Part shown: one piece after another, positions 38,638 to 52,701 of the stretch
Layout: every line of letters starts with the position of its first letter
How positions within the stretch are numbered: position 1 is the stretch's first letter
Source: Tubiluchus corallicola
Lineage: Eukaryota > Animalia > Priapulida
Reading direction: 5' to 3'
Length of the DNA stretch: 64,000 nucleotides
Assembly (NCBI GenBank): GCA_030141605.1
Contig: JAQGDQ010000839.1
Span: 1-64,000, forward strand
Program-made: the position numbers and the translations under genes
The notes under the pieces: model-generated
The model's database searches: none
Told to the model about the DNA's origin: nothing
What the model saw: only the letters and a program-made list of their open reading frames with translations

Positions 38638-38844
38638 GGTATTGACTGACAGCACCGACAAGATGTGTGAGAAACTGCCAACGAGTCAATGAATTACAGA
38701 GTGACAGTCCAAACAATGCCAGTGTCTGCTTTATGTTCAAATGTTTCTGATTAAACCTGATGTTATTCGTGATGGAATAAACCCGTGCTCATGGAATTCT
38801 GAAGCCAAACTTGTCGGAAAAGGAAGAGAATGCGAAAAAATCGG

Positions 38845-38916
38845 TAGTACGCCCGGATTTGAACCAGAAACCTTTCGGTGACAAGTCGAACATCACACCA
38901 ATAGGCTGCTAACTCC
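38845..38916 (-). mobile_element. tRNA-derived SINE head / tRNA pseudogene
   Basis: B-box GGTTCAAATCC, possible GTC anticodon loop, mismatched acceptor stem. Confidence 0.5.
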
Positions 38917-38960
38917 AACGATTATGACAGATTTTAATTCGACCCATTTGGCTCCCCAAC

Positions 38961-39456
38961 TTCTTCTTCTTCACAGCTTTTCCCTATTCGGGATCGCCGT
39001 TGTGAATGAGTCTTCTCCACGCATTCCTGTTGTTGACCATCTCTTCATTTATGTCTTCCCTTCCCACATGATCTTCACCGACTCTTCTTTTCAGGTGTCC
39101 ATACCATCGCAATCTTGCGAGGCTTCCACTACTTTTACTGTTCCTCTGATATTATTATTTCTAATTTTATCTCTTCTTGTTATTCCCACCATCCATCTCA
39201 ACATCCTCATCTCCACCACACCCATTTTCTTGTCTTCGGTCTTCTTTAGAGAAGCTCCTTCCAGCCCATAGATTAGAGCGGGTCTGACCACTTCTTTGTG
39301 GACTTTCCCTTTAAGTCTCACCGACTCATTCATAGAAGGTTTTGGCGCAGTGTTTACAGGCGGATGCCCTTCCTGACCCTAACCCTCCCTATTTATCTGG
39401 GCTTGGGACCGGCACTGAGTTGGGCTGGCTTGCCCCCCCCCCCCAGTGGCTAGGTT
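38961..39456 (-). mobile_element. Internally deleted RTE (Expander/BovB-like) non-autonomous element
   Basis: RTE-type 5'UTR (GGTCCCAAGCCC...GGAAGGGCATCC), RT C-terminal remnant VVRPALIYG-x-E...EMRMLRW-x-x-G-x-TRRDKIRN, (GAA)n tail, TSD CATTTGGCTCCCC(C)AAC. Confidence 0.88.
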
Positions 39457-42400
39457 CATTTGGCTCCCCCAACAAATACCATAAATAAGTAATGTTGCAG
39501 TTAAGATTATGAATAGCTGATATTCCCCATGTTAATATTGCAATGTGGTCATCAGATGTGCTAAGCCACACCTAAAATTAATAGCACAGTCCAAATTCTT
39601 TATGGGCAAATACGCTTCTAATCTCTAATTGGCTGGCCTTATTTATTAATAACTTTACTCATGAAATACGTGCAATACCCAGGCCAGTATTAAAATCTCG
39701 TGTTATAAACGACCTTGTACTATTGAAGCTTACTGCCGTTTCCTAGGTGGGTAGTGGCTAATGTTTGGTCACGGAAAACGGCCACTGTCCAATAGGAGTT
39801 ACCACTCAATGATAATGGGTAATCAGTTAGTTTAAACTTAATTTGTAGAAATTTGCAATCTGCTTTTATTGTAAAACGTATACAATGTTCACAGATGATG
39901 GCGGAATGTAGAATAACCGTATAACTTGTTTCGTCACCATAAAAATTCTCTCCACACACAGTGGCTTAAAAGCAACAAACAATTTATTGAGAAAACCTTG
40001 AACTCAAGAACATAACCTTTAACATTGCTGTCTTTTGATCAACTGGAACTTGCATGCCTGAGAGAATAAAGCTCTAATCACATGACCAGACATACAAGTT
40101 CCTATTGGGAGATACCTCACATTCATGCATTCAGACCATAAATGGAAAGGTCACCTATACTCTACAGACTACTAGTTAAGCCAAAATCAAAGTCTACTTG
40201 GCTTCTTTGATAGCAGAATAAAGATTATTGATTTACAGAAAGCTGTGTTATAATGTTATAATTTTTCTCTATTTAAACTTGAATAAGAGAGTTAGAACCA
40301 GAATTAAAGCATGAAATTAATAATCTAATTACTCTGATTAATGAATATCTATAAAAGCAAAAGGAAACAATATTTAGAAACAAAAAATCACTCTCTGACA
40401 AACTTTGTACAATTAGAGTGTAGATGGCAGCATAGACTAAAACAGTATTTTAGTGTAGTAGACTGACAATTAAATGGATCACATAATACCACAATCGCGT
40501 ACTCGGTACAGTAAGCGACATAATTTATTTTATTTAGATTAGACAGTTTTTAAAACTAACACGTGAATTCTCACCAAACAAATATATGTACAAGCAGAAA
40601 TGAGGAGTTAATAAAGTAATAGAAATAGAAATAAACTCAAATAGATAAACAAATACATACATACAAATACTAATAAACAAAGAAAGATATATATATATAC
40701 ATAAAAAGTAAGTAGGTGTGACACAGTGAATAATATAACAATTAAATAATAACAATAACTATCTTGGAATTTACCTTAGTTACATAAAAGAGAACTTAAG
40801 GTCTGATCACATTAAAACGTTTAGACTCCTAATGTAATTTTGGATGAAATGAAGAATTTTACAGTTAAGAGCAACATTAAAGTAAATTCCATCTAACTGC
40901 TCAATGTAAAAACGCACACGTTAAAAGTCATTTTAAAATATTTTGCGCGCATGCGTCGTCGATGTGTTTTGTAATATTTTGTAATTGAATTTTAATTTGA
41001 CGATATCTAAGCATATGAATTTTATTTCTTTTATTCATTTTTTTAAAAAATTGACTTCTGCAGATATATTTTTAGTTTAACAATATTGCCTACAACAGTC
41101 GTTGACTATATATATTATATATATACATATATTATATATATATTATTATATATATTACTATATATATTATGAATATTATGAATATATATATATTGACTTT
41201 TTCTACATAGACACTAATTATTCAATGTTATTTACTATTCAATATAAATTTAATATTGTACAGATAAACTTATTTAAGATTGCTATTGTGTTTTCCAGAA
41301 GACGACGGTACAGAAGTATTTATTAGTATGTAAAATAAATAACAGATGGCGCGGCAACCTTGTCTGCTCTCCACTCTGCTCGGGAGTACCTATATTTAGA
41401 AAACGCTGTATTTATAGGGATCTACGCTGCTTTAGAGATGTCGATCGCGACCATCAATTAGCCAATTTTCCAGTGGACCAATTAGCCAATTTTAATCAAC
41501 GTGGAAATAATACACATACGTGTAAGATTTGTGCAAGCGATTCTACAACTAGTAGAGTAGTTGGTAGAGGAGTCAGTTGATCAGGCACTTAGTTGGTCAC
41601 TCGACAGGAAAATAGGAACTCGCTTACAAACTTGTAATGGTTGACCGATCGTTGCAAATTAAAACTTTCATGCCATTTCTAACTAATCATTAAAAAAAGC
41701 TTGCATAGCAAAATCGTCCATAAGTCGAATAAAGGCAATTAAACTTTCCTGGTTATTCATATATCCTGAATCTCCGTTTCATGAGGATCATTTTGATACC
41801 AAGCTCATTGCTCTACGTTATTTCTAAGCTGAGATAATCCACATTGTAGATGAGATGCTTACTACGCACAGAAAAACGTAAACAATCACTGTTAAAGTCA
41901 GCCATTGTTTTCTGTCGCGTTTCTACAAAACACTTAGCAACGACGCAAATGTTGGTTATTGCAAAAACACATTGAAGTTAAGTTTAAGTCCGGTAGATGG
42001 CTCTGCCAGACGAAAATCTGGGCTTGGCAACAGAGAAAACCCGAAGCAAAATGATTGTTTCCACCAGCTATTATCATAGCTTAAATACACAATTTAAGTT
42101 TTTAAGTTTTTAAATACACAATACTTAAGTTTTTCACAATTGTAGTACTAGTTTCCAGCCAGAAAAGTGGGTACGCGGTTATAAAATTAGATTTTTAATA
42201 TTTTTTGAACATTTTCTTGATAATTCGATGCTACAATGTATAAGCCCAATATATTTGGCTTTCGTTTTTATAAAAAAAAACAAAAAATTGACATTTGAGC
42301 AAATTTTTGGTGCATTCTATTTTGAAGCACCATAACGTCATTTTAACTATGCCGACGTATGGACGATTTTGGTTTACGTGCAGATTTTAATGAAACGCAA

Positions 42401-43179
42401 TGGTGTAAGGCTGTGTAGTGACTGCTACAATAGAGAATGTTATAACGAATAGAAAGTTAATGACAACGGTAATGGTGGTGATGACAATGATGGCGAGGCG
42501 ACATCGACGATGATGCGGCAGAAGTTAATTTTAATAACAAATGATGTGAATAGTAAAAGTGAAAGGCAATATTGCGGAGATTAATTTTGGTTTGAATGTT
42601 TGTTGACTTCTTTCTCGTTTATAGCAAAACGTTATGCACTGCCTTGTGCTGCCACCGAGCGGAGAGTTAAAGAAATATGTGTTTTTCGTGTTTCTCAATG
42701 GTTAGTAGTTGCACCAGCCGCGTGTGTGAGTCCACCAGTTTCCTTGATAATTATGATTAGGTTTTGATTGGATTAGCTTAAAAATTATTTTCGATTTTTT
42801 CAAATTTTAAAAGTTTAAAAATAATTTAACAATAATAATTATTAAGTCAAATTCTATAAAGTAGATATTACAATATGAGTGTGCATAAAAATTGTTTAAA
42901 ATAAAATATAATCATCATTTCTCTTTATAGCTCTTAAAACTGTTCTAAGCATTCTAAACTATTCTTAAAACACAAACTTCCTCACAACAGCCTGCAAAAA
43001 TTACTTTCGCTTAGTGCGAGGTTTAGCTCAAAAGATCTGTAAAGCTGTTGGTACTAACTTGTAAAACTCATTTATTCACGCGGTTTTGTAGTATATTTTA
43101 TTATTTACTGGTTTAGTTATTTATTTAAATATATTTTGTTTGTTTTTATTATCTCTATGGTGAAATTCTGTTTTCACTT

Positions 43180-43290
43180 CAGAGTACGTCAGAGTAAAAG
43201 CGCGCGCATGCGCGTCACTGCTAAGACAGGTTCCGCTGAACACGCGTGGCGTCAGTGAGGTGAGGTGCTGTGGTTGTTAAGCACGATTTA
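43180..43290 (+). promoter_or_regulatory. Candidate promoter of the Notch-ligand gene
   Basis: CpG-rich patch after an AT-rich stretch; NRF1-type palindrome GCGCATGCGC (43204-43213), CACGCGTG and CGTCA half-CREs about 300 bp upstream of the CDS. Confidence 0.5.
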
Positions 43291-43576
43291 CAAAGTTTTT
43301 TGAAACAAAATTTGCTGGAAATAAGATGTTTGGAGACGAAGAAAGCGCGGTATCGTTAGCAAGAACTTGGCGATAATGGTGATCACTGTAATAATTGACA
43401 TGTTTTGCGAAGTAAGTTGTTCAAGCGTTTGAAATTCACGATTGTCAACTTTGATGCATGACTTGCAGACTGTACTATACAGACAAATGTCGCGTTTCGG
43501 TGTTAGTGGTTGGGCAGTGTCCAACAAACTTCTTAGATATGTTAAAACAATGAAGAATTTTTTTCCCTGTCGGACA

Positions 43577-43942
43577 ATGTCGTGTACATTTCAGATAAAA
43601 TTTTTCTGTTTGTTAACATTCGTGGTTATTAGCGTTTCTAGGCCTGTTTATGGTTCTGGGACGTTTGAATTGGAGGTGTTAGCGGTCAGAAACCCTCGCG
43701 GAGAAGTCGAAACTGGAGAATGTTGTGAAGGAGAACGAAGATCGAACGGTTTATGTTCTGGTCATTGCAATACAGTAGTGCGATTATGCCTGAAACAGTT
43801 CCAACCCATTGTTACTGTCGATGGGGAGTGCTCGTTTGGCAACAAGTCTACGGGAGTACTCGGAGAAAATGTTTGGGAGGTTTCCAACAATGGGGCTGAC
43901 AACTCGAGTCTTTTGCAATTGCACTTTAACTTCAGTTGGCAG
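43577..43942 (+). CDS. jag: Notch ligand (Serrate/Jagged-like) first coding exon: signal peptide + MNNL/C2 domain
   Basis: SGTFELEVL-x-x-x-N-x-x-GE...CC...C-x-T-x-x-RLCLK-x-FQ...CSFG...VLG-x-N...F-x-FSW, then a CAG|GTGAGT donor at the position conserved in this family. The start ATG is uncertain (43454/43487/43550/43577 are in frame). No further exons recognised in the window. Confidence 0.88.
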
Positions 43943-45242
43943 GTGAGTGATTTATTTATTGCTTCGTTTTGTGCAAAAATGTGCAACGCAAACCCGGCCT
44001 ATTGCTCACTCTGTTTACTGATAACATTGCATTGTATATTATGAAATTTTTGTTTCGTTAACCGCTGCTATAATAATTATTAGGATGTGTTAAAAAATTT
44101 CCATCATACGTATTTGTAATATAGGCGAGAAAATACTGATTATATCTTTTCAGAGACTAGTCAGTCACTGGGTGTCAGCCATAAAGTTGAACAACTTAAA
44201 AATAACCTGTTTCTTTTTGCTCAGATATTAAAAAAGTCCAACAGGTGCTTTCTTGCTTGAACTCTTTTAAAGTTTGTTTTATCTTACCAAAATTTTTTTT
44301 ATATTTTCCTAAAAATTTGATATTTGCACTTTGGTAAAGGCAAAAATATTGAAGCAAATATACTGCAGGGAATACAGCTATACAGTTTCCCTAGCGTATT
44401 AAAATGAACTCCTTAAGTGTAATAATTGTAATATATGTAAATGTAATACTTAAATGTAATAATTCAGTTTTTTCTTTTTTCTTTTCAAGGTCAGATAGCC
44501 TTTCCGTAATCATAATTATTTTTATTATTATTGCTTTTTTTTCAAGGTCATACAGCCATACATAATCGTAACTATTATAATGTAGTTGCAGCAGTACACA
44601 AAATATTTACTGCTCAATACTTATGGGACCTCAGTTTAGAGCTGCAAATTTACCATTTTTCTCATTAAAAATCAATTTTTAATTTGATCATTTTGTGCGT
44701 GTTTAGTTTTGTTGTTATAGACTATATCTGACGTGAATAAAAATCATTTCTTATTTTTGAATTTTTGAATATAATATTGACATTTTAAGCTAGTAAAAAT
44801 TAAATTTATTGGGATTAGAAAATGTACAAAAAATAGCTAAAAAATGTATCTGCTATACTACGCTAAGTAGTTTATTTTCGTGTCAACATTTGTGTGTCCC
44901 AGTATTCGCTTATCCTTGAAACGTTTTTGGGCCTTGTTAAACGAGCACAATTTCAGCGTACAGAAAGATTTACCTTATGCAGTACTGTAAGTTCTTAGGG
45001 TAAGGTAAGCTTGTCTACTCAATGGCTTCATTTTGTAAGAGGTGTCAGAAAATGATTGCCCCACCACATTATGTTGAAGAAACTAAAAATAATAAATAAA
45101 TTCCGGCAAAATTACGAGATTAAATTTTGAGTGAAGTACACTTACTGAATAGACAAAGTTGTTGATGTTGACTTCTCAATGGCAGTTCGAGTAATGACAT
45201 TTCCTTAAGAACTTTGTTTATATATATATATATATAGTATAT

Positions 45243-45680
45243 ATAATAATCTTTATTTGCCCTTAAAATACATTGATAATCACTGATAAAAACTTTACAA
45301 AGATGATCAATCAGTGTTAGTTAATAAAAACTTACACTGCTAAAGGCAAATGCGTCAGTGCAATCTAAACTACTGTGCAGTAATGGAAAGTAACGACGAA
45401 TAAAATCAAACGTATTTACAACTATGCACAAAAAATGAAAAAAAAATATGGTTTAATTAATATGGCCGTGGATATATGAATTCTGAATTAGTGTGTATGT
45501 TGTCGTGCTGGTATTTCATATCTGGTTAATATTAGTGATTTTAATTTTGTTTTAAATGCTGATAGGGACTTGATTTGTTTAACCTGTAATGGTAGAGAAT
45601 TCCAAAGTAGAATTGCTTGCTTGATTACAGAGTTCGTTCCGTAGCTGGTATTTGTCCTAATTTGTTTTAGATTGCTTGTT
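45243..45680 (-). mobile_element. LINE 3' end, copy of 11708-12150
   Basis: Near-identical sequence; LWNSLP remnant. Confidence 0.85.
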
Positions 45681-45859
45681 GGATAAGTAACGACGAATAA
45701 AATCAAACATTTTACAACTATGCAGAGTAGGTTTTAGAATGTAGACTTTTGATTTCGTATTCTGATGCAATAATTGTGAAAGACAATGAATAAGGACTAT
45801 TGCTGTGATTAAAATATTAAAAAATATGTTTATACCTTGTTGTGATAACGTTAAAGTAT

Positions 45860-46557
45860 GGCTGAGGCTAGATTTGGCTGATTTGGCTGTTTGTTTTTTT
45901 TCAAATTTTTTTAACTTTTAGACATTGGCTGTCTAAATCTTGCTAGAGCTGAGGCTAGATTTGGCTGAATTTGGCTGTTTGTTTTTTCAAATTTTTTTAA
46001 CTTTTAGACATTGGCTGTCTAAATCTTGCTAGAGGTGAGGCTAGATTTGGCTGAATTTGGCTGTTTGTTTTTTTTCAAATTTTTTTAACTTTTAGACATT
46101 GGCTGTCTAAATCTTGCTAGAGGTGAGGCTAGATTTGGCTGAATTTGGCTGTTTGTTTTTTTTCAAATTTTTTTAACTTTTAGACATTGGCTGTCTAAAT
46201 CTTGCTAGAGCTGAGGCTAGATTTGGCTGAATTTGGCTGTTTTTTTTTCAAATTTTTTCAACTTTTAGACATCAGCTGTCTAAATCTTGCTGGAGCTGAG
46301 GCTAGATTTGGCTGAATTTGGCTGTTTTTTTTTCAAATTTTTTCAACTTTTAGACATTAGCTGTCTAAATCTTGCTAGAGCTGAGGCTAGATTTGGCTGA
46401 ATTTGGCTGTTTGTTTTTTCAAATTTTTTCAACTTTTAGACATTGGCTGTCTTAAGTCTTGCTAGAGCTGAGGCTAGATTTGGCTGAATTTGGCTGTTTG
46501 TTTTTTCAAATTTTTTCAACTTTTAGACATTGGCTGTCTTAAGTCTTGCTAGAGCTG
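45860..46557. repeat. About 86-bp minisatellite, about 8 copies
   Basis: GCTGAGGCTAGATTTGGCTGAATTTGG... unit. Confidence 0.95.
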
Positions 46558-47287
46558 CTTTGTATCAACGAATTTTTATTTGTATAAAGAAGAATTAGAG
46601 TGTGGCGATCTACATCATCGATTGAGCACATGAAACTATAATCATAGATAATTATTATTTACTTGTGCAAGGTGTAAGTCTAATTTTAGTTCATAAAATG
46701 CAAAGTTGACCATTGTTTTCTTTTTTAGAATTCCATTTTGATTTGTAGTCTTACAATACAGTGATTTCAGTATTTAGTTTAGCTACTTGAGTAAAACGTG
46801 TGCGCCATTATGCACACGCACGCGCGCACGCGCGCACGCACGCGCGCGCGCTTATGAATGAACCGCACCATCTGCCCTGGGGTACTCTGGTATGTCTGGC
46901 TTCTGTAGCTTACAAGTGACGCGCGCGCTGTTTTTTCTAGAATCATCATATTTGAAATGGACACCCGGTCCCTGGCGATTTGTACGTAATTTGGTGCAAA
47001 CATTTGGTACGCATATAAATGCATACACGATCACAAACGTGTGCCACGCTGGTATGCTAATCATCTTTAATAGTTTGCGCGTGGAATTCACTAGTGTTAT
47101 ATGAGTACCCTGAGAAAACGGGAACCTTCCTGTAAATTAATTATCAAAGTTACCTCAGTTCAAGCGGCAGTGATAAAAGGCTTTGATTTCTTGTTCATTT
47201 TTATTTGGCTGAAATTGCTATTTGAACTGTGAATGTAACTCTCTCGCATTTTAATGTATTTTGCTAGTTATTAAAAATTATCAATAG

Positions 47288-47697
47288 TCATCATATCATC
47301 ATCGTCAGCATCGTCATCATCAGCGTCGTCGTCGTAATCTTTATCATCGTCATCAGCGTCATCGTCATCATCATCATTGTCGTTGTCATCATCAGCATCA
47401 TTGTCGTAATCTTTATCGTCAGCATCGTCGTCGTCGCCGTAATGTTTATCATCATCATCAGTGTCGTCGTTGTAATCTTTATCATCATCATCATCATCAT
47501 TGTCAGCGTCATCATCGCCGCCGCCATCATTGTCGTCATCATCGCTATCATTGTCGTCACCATCGTCATCATCGTTGTCAGCATCGTCGTCGTCGTAATC
47601 TTTATCGTCATCATCAGTGTCGTTGTCGTCATAATCTTTATCGTCATCATCATCATTGTCGTTGTCATCATCGCCTCCATCACTGTCGCCATCGTAA
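47288..47697. repeat. Degenerate (TCA/TCG)n tract
   Basis: Direct reading. Confidence 0.9.
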
Positions 47698-49889
47698 CTC
47701 AATATCTGTCAGTTTGTGAGTGACATATGTTCGTGATGCTTATTGATTTAGTAACACAATTTTTTCCAACAGTGTAACGTAAAGCAAAAGATCCAATTGT
47801 AATCAGTCAAAGGGTTAAAGCCTTACAAGGTTCAGCGTAAAGTACAATATCAAATACGCATATGATAATAATATAAGCATTTTGCAAATGTCGGCCATGT
47901 TTTCCAAGCGCTAAAATTGCTTGCTAAAATAATACCCGTACAATAGTACTGATTGATTAATTTGATTGATCAATAATACTAATCATTTAATGCCAGCTGA
48001 TCTTTTTCTCATTATGTCACGCGGTTCTCGTTTGCATGGCAAAAAATGCTGATGTCATTTTTGTTGTCATGGCAACGAACACACCTGCCCCAGCTCTTCT
48101 TCTGTCAAGGCAGGGTCCAATGCGGGTTTAGCCTCATTTATGACTGCAGTTTGTCTTTTGTGTTCAGATTGGTGAGATTAGTCATTTTAACTCATTTCAA
48201 AATATCTTCAGTGATATTTTCACGTTTTTTTTGCAATATGATGGGCTATCTCTAATATTTTTGTTTTTTCCGGTCAAACATTTTTGTGGCTTCGTTGACA
48301 TGGGTGTGGTTGTTTAATTTTGTTAGTTAGTTTCCTTTTCTGCGAGTGAAATCCTAACTTTCTAACTGTTTAGCTCCTAAGTTTTATAACTGCTAAGCCT
48401 TGATGACTCACTGTAATTGTAAATGTAATTTATTATCACTTCAGCGTGTATTTTTACATTACAATTTGCATTATTATCTTTAACTATTATGCCCTATAAC
48501 TAGAAGATGAAATATAGTTACAATAATTGTAACAGAACTACATTAGTATACTATAGCATGATATAGTTAGGGAAAAAATTCCAAATATAATTACAAAAAT
48601 TTAACAGAATTGTACTAACATAGTTACGAAACAGTTTGTCAACAAGAAATAGATGCTGCATGGTGGTCAAGAAGCAAAGCTTGTAAGACCACCATGAAAA
48701 GTGAAAAAACGACTTAATTTACAAGAGAGAGAATTATAGAAAAACAGGGAGTAGTTAAGATAGAATAATAGACAGAGATAGAGAAAAAGAGAAAAGAAAT
48801 GAATTAGAAAGAAGTTCAGGACGTCTTCCGGTTCACGTCGTCTTCAGAAATTGACCTACAAGTGACCAGCCAGTGACCCACTGTATCATCTACAGTACAT
48901 CTCTGTAATGAATGAATAAATGGAAATTTATCATTTGGTTTTGCTGTACTTCCAGTTCACTTTGCAGAACAAACTAACTTTTCTTATGCATTTCCTGCCT
49001 TTTCCTTTTAAATTTTCAATTGAATCGTGACATTTTTGCTTTGGAAATTTCATTTTGGACGTGATCCATATAAATGCAGGCCTCTTGATAGACCGTCGGG
49101 CGCTATAGAAATGAGCTATTCCCCAGGGAAGTTTCCCTAAATTGTCTCAATTCATTGGCTCAAGTAAGTCCAATTCATCCCCGTAACAACGTAGTTAGCG
49201 GCTGGCGTATAAGTGTGACACAACCAGCTCATTTATGCATAAACCCCAGGAGAACAGACATTATGATTTACTGGGCTTCTATACAGCTTCTGAATCGAAG
49301 GCACTTATAAAGAGAACCACCCAAACGAAGTTCTGGCCAGATTGATTTTGACGACACGTCACCGACTTAATATTCCTAATAATCGCATATCAAGTGTCCG
49401 TCTTGACCGTGGGTCAGCTAGAAACTGGACACAGCGTTTGTGGATTTGTTTATTTACATTAAACGCCGGCGTCCAACTTCTGGTTCAGCGTTGTTTACTA
49501 TGCTGCACGCGCAAAGGCAGCTTTGTTTACTATAATGTTTACTCCTAGCATGCCTGTTTACTACGTACCAGACGATTTTTGAATTTCGTTACTGCATCGA
49601 TTGGGCAACGTGGCGCAATACTTTCGCCACGAGTTGCGCCATCTCAAGTGGCCTGTCTTTGTTTTGTGTTTGAGGAGGTCGGACGGGCGTGTGTGTTGGG
49701 CGGGGATCTGCCAGTCATTGTCTGCTAAATAACATGCATATGCGCCAGAATCGGGTTTATTCAAGTTCAGAATCTGAATTTGGTCCCAGGCCAACTGTCC
49801 ATCTTTTCCTCCTCCACTGTTTCATTATGGTTTGACCACCTCTTACGGCCAAGGGTCAGCTATTGAAAGAGAACATTTCTTCGTATTGT

Positions 49890-50368
<479 letters not shown>

Positions 50369-51861
50369 AAATGTTTTTACAAACTAAAGATTATGCAAAA
50401 TTCACTACTTCTTGTTTTAATTTTGAAATGACAAATCTTTGGTTGTTTTAGTAGTTGGGAGCACACTAGGTTTTAGTTATTTGGGAGATTGTGTAGTTTT
50501 TTGTTGATTAAAACAAGTTTGTTTTGTCTCTGACGCATGTTAGTTACGGATATTAAATTTTAGATATATCTTGAGAAATGTCAGAAAAGTTTTCTTTGCG
50601 TAAGAAGATGAGTATGTGGATTTTGGAATAGAATTTTAGAAGATATTTTCACTCTTCAGTGACGTTTTCATCATGTTTCCAAGAGAGGCTTATATGAGCG
50701 TGTCTCAATTGTTCACCAAAGTCACCCCTTAGAATACCTCTTGGAAGCCAAGTGTGTTACAGTGTGATGAACTCTGACGAGCTTACAGAACGCTTTGATC
50801 TGCATGGCGATAGTTCAACCCACCTAGGAGAATGTTGACCCTTTAATTAACGTTGTTTACAACAGTGGCGTGTTAGCCGGGTTTATTTACCGGGCAGCTG
50901 ATGAAGAGGCAGGGATTGGAATGAATACAGTTCATTAATTGTGGCTGCTGCCCGGGCCCGCGTTCATGGTGCCTGAGCTGTTTTGATAACCTCATTAACA
51001 TCCCAGTTCATCTAAGGTTTTAATTACCGACTTTTCACTGCCCTAATCAATTGTGCAAATGAATTGTGCGTACTACTACGACTCCTCTGTGCTCGTGCCT
51101 AATCGCGTGGCTTCATGCTGATCACGTGATTCGCTCGGTGTGGCTTCGGCAAAGTTGAGTCACGCAACACTCGTAAAATGAACCACGGCCTGTAAATGCT
51201 GAGCTACATAATTCACTTATGAATACTTGATGGCATTATCATTGGCTTCTTCCTGTAAATTGAAGCCATTTTTCTGGATGGAACAATTCGTTGAGGCAGC
51301 TAGATTTGTGTGGAGGCTTGAACATCGTTGACTCGAGCACTTGTTGTCCTCCATAATGAGAGGAGGAGGTTCAACATGCAAGCCCCCAGTGTGCACTCAT
51401 GGTCTCTGAGTGGCTTCAAGATAGCTTGCCTCTCTTGCCTTGTAGTACTTGACTACTGTCACTCTTCATCGAGCACAACAAGACAATTGTCCAATGATCA
51501 TTGGGGAAAAATTGGGAAGACTGTGGAATAAGGCTTATCCCAGAATAATAGCCTCTAATACTGAGAAATCTTCACAGCTGGTGCAAAAGCCGAGATGAAA
51601 TGTTTATTTGAAGCAGAAAGAAAAAAACGCAAAAGAAGAAGGTAAATAATGTTGACAAAAATCACAAGATGAAAAAACAACACCACAATGTAAAACATCA
51701 CTTTTCATATCACTTTTACATAATTCTACAATTGCTACTTATCCTAGGCAAATATTCTAAACTGACTTTTGCTTTTTAGATATTGATGAAATATACCGTA
51801 TTAATTTGGTGCCGTTGTGATTGATGCTGCTGTGACGTTAGACACGGGATAACAGTCAGCT

Positions 51862-52701
51862 TTAAAGGAAAGGCCAACACTTCTAGGAAGTTAGGCTCAT
51901 TTCAATGTTCGCGATAAATGTTAGAAGGATTTAGTAATAAAACTGCAATAAGCACTTCGTTTAATTAGTAAAATCACTTTCAAAGTCGCCATCTTACTTC
52001 ATGCTTGGGCGCGCCCATTTTGAACGCCCATTCTTCTTCCGATGACGTCATTCGTCTTGGAGAAAAATAGCGCACTGTCAGTCTTCGTCAAAAGTATAAA
52101 AAGCTTTTTAGGAAAAAAATAGATAGCTAATTTAGTAATATTTTTTGTGTGAGTGTTAGGTAAGCTGCAGAAGTTTGACTTAGTTTAAACAGCGCGCGCT
52201 TACGGAAAACCACGAAGTCTCCGAGCTACGTCATGATTTTCAAGTGAATGGCGGCAACCACCGCGACTGAAAATTTCCATTCAGAACTAGTACATTTTAA
52301 GTTTGTGGTTTATAGACAGTTCTTTGCATATTTTTTTGCTATATTTTTCTGAGTTTAAGTGTTTTCAGTATAAAATAAACCCAACATACTGAGTGACTTG
52401 TTCTTTCCCTTAGCACACCACAAACAGTTTAAGTGATAACAGTAAAATAAACCCAACATACTAAGTGACTTGTTCTTTCCTTTAGCACACCACAAACAGT
52501 TTAAGTGATAACAGTAATATAAACCCAACATACCGAGTGACTTGTTCTTTCCTTTAGCACACCACAAACAGTTTAAGTGATAACAGTAAAATAAACCCAA
52601 CATACTGAGTGACTTGTTCTTTTCTTTAGCACACTACAAACAGTTTAAGTGATAACAGTAATATAAACCCAACATACCGAGTGACTTGTACTTTCCTTTA
52701 A
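51862..52701. mobile_element. TTAA-flanked Kolobok-like element with its right end in a 72-bp tandem array
   Basis: TTAA|AGGAAAG ... CTTTCCT|TTAA; 72-bp unit at 52370-52700 contains CTTTCCTTTA. Confidence 0.6.

Noticed and set aside
38845-38916. Functional tRNA genes here and at 13910 and 32955
   Set aside because: B-boxes are present but acceptor stems do not pair; better explained as SINE heads or pseudogenes.
47271-47702. Asp-rich 143-aa ORF resembling an acidic biomineral protein
   Set aside because: Degenerate trinucleotide repeat with no signal peptide or exon evidence.
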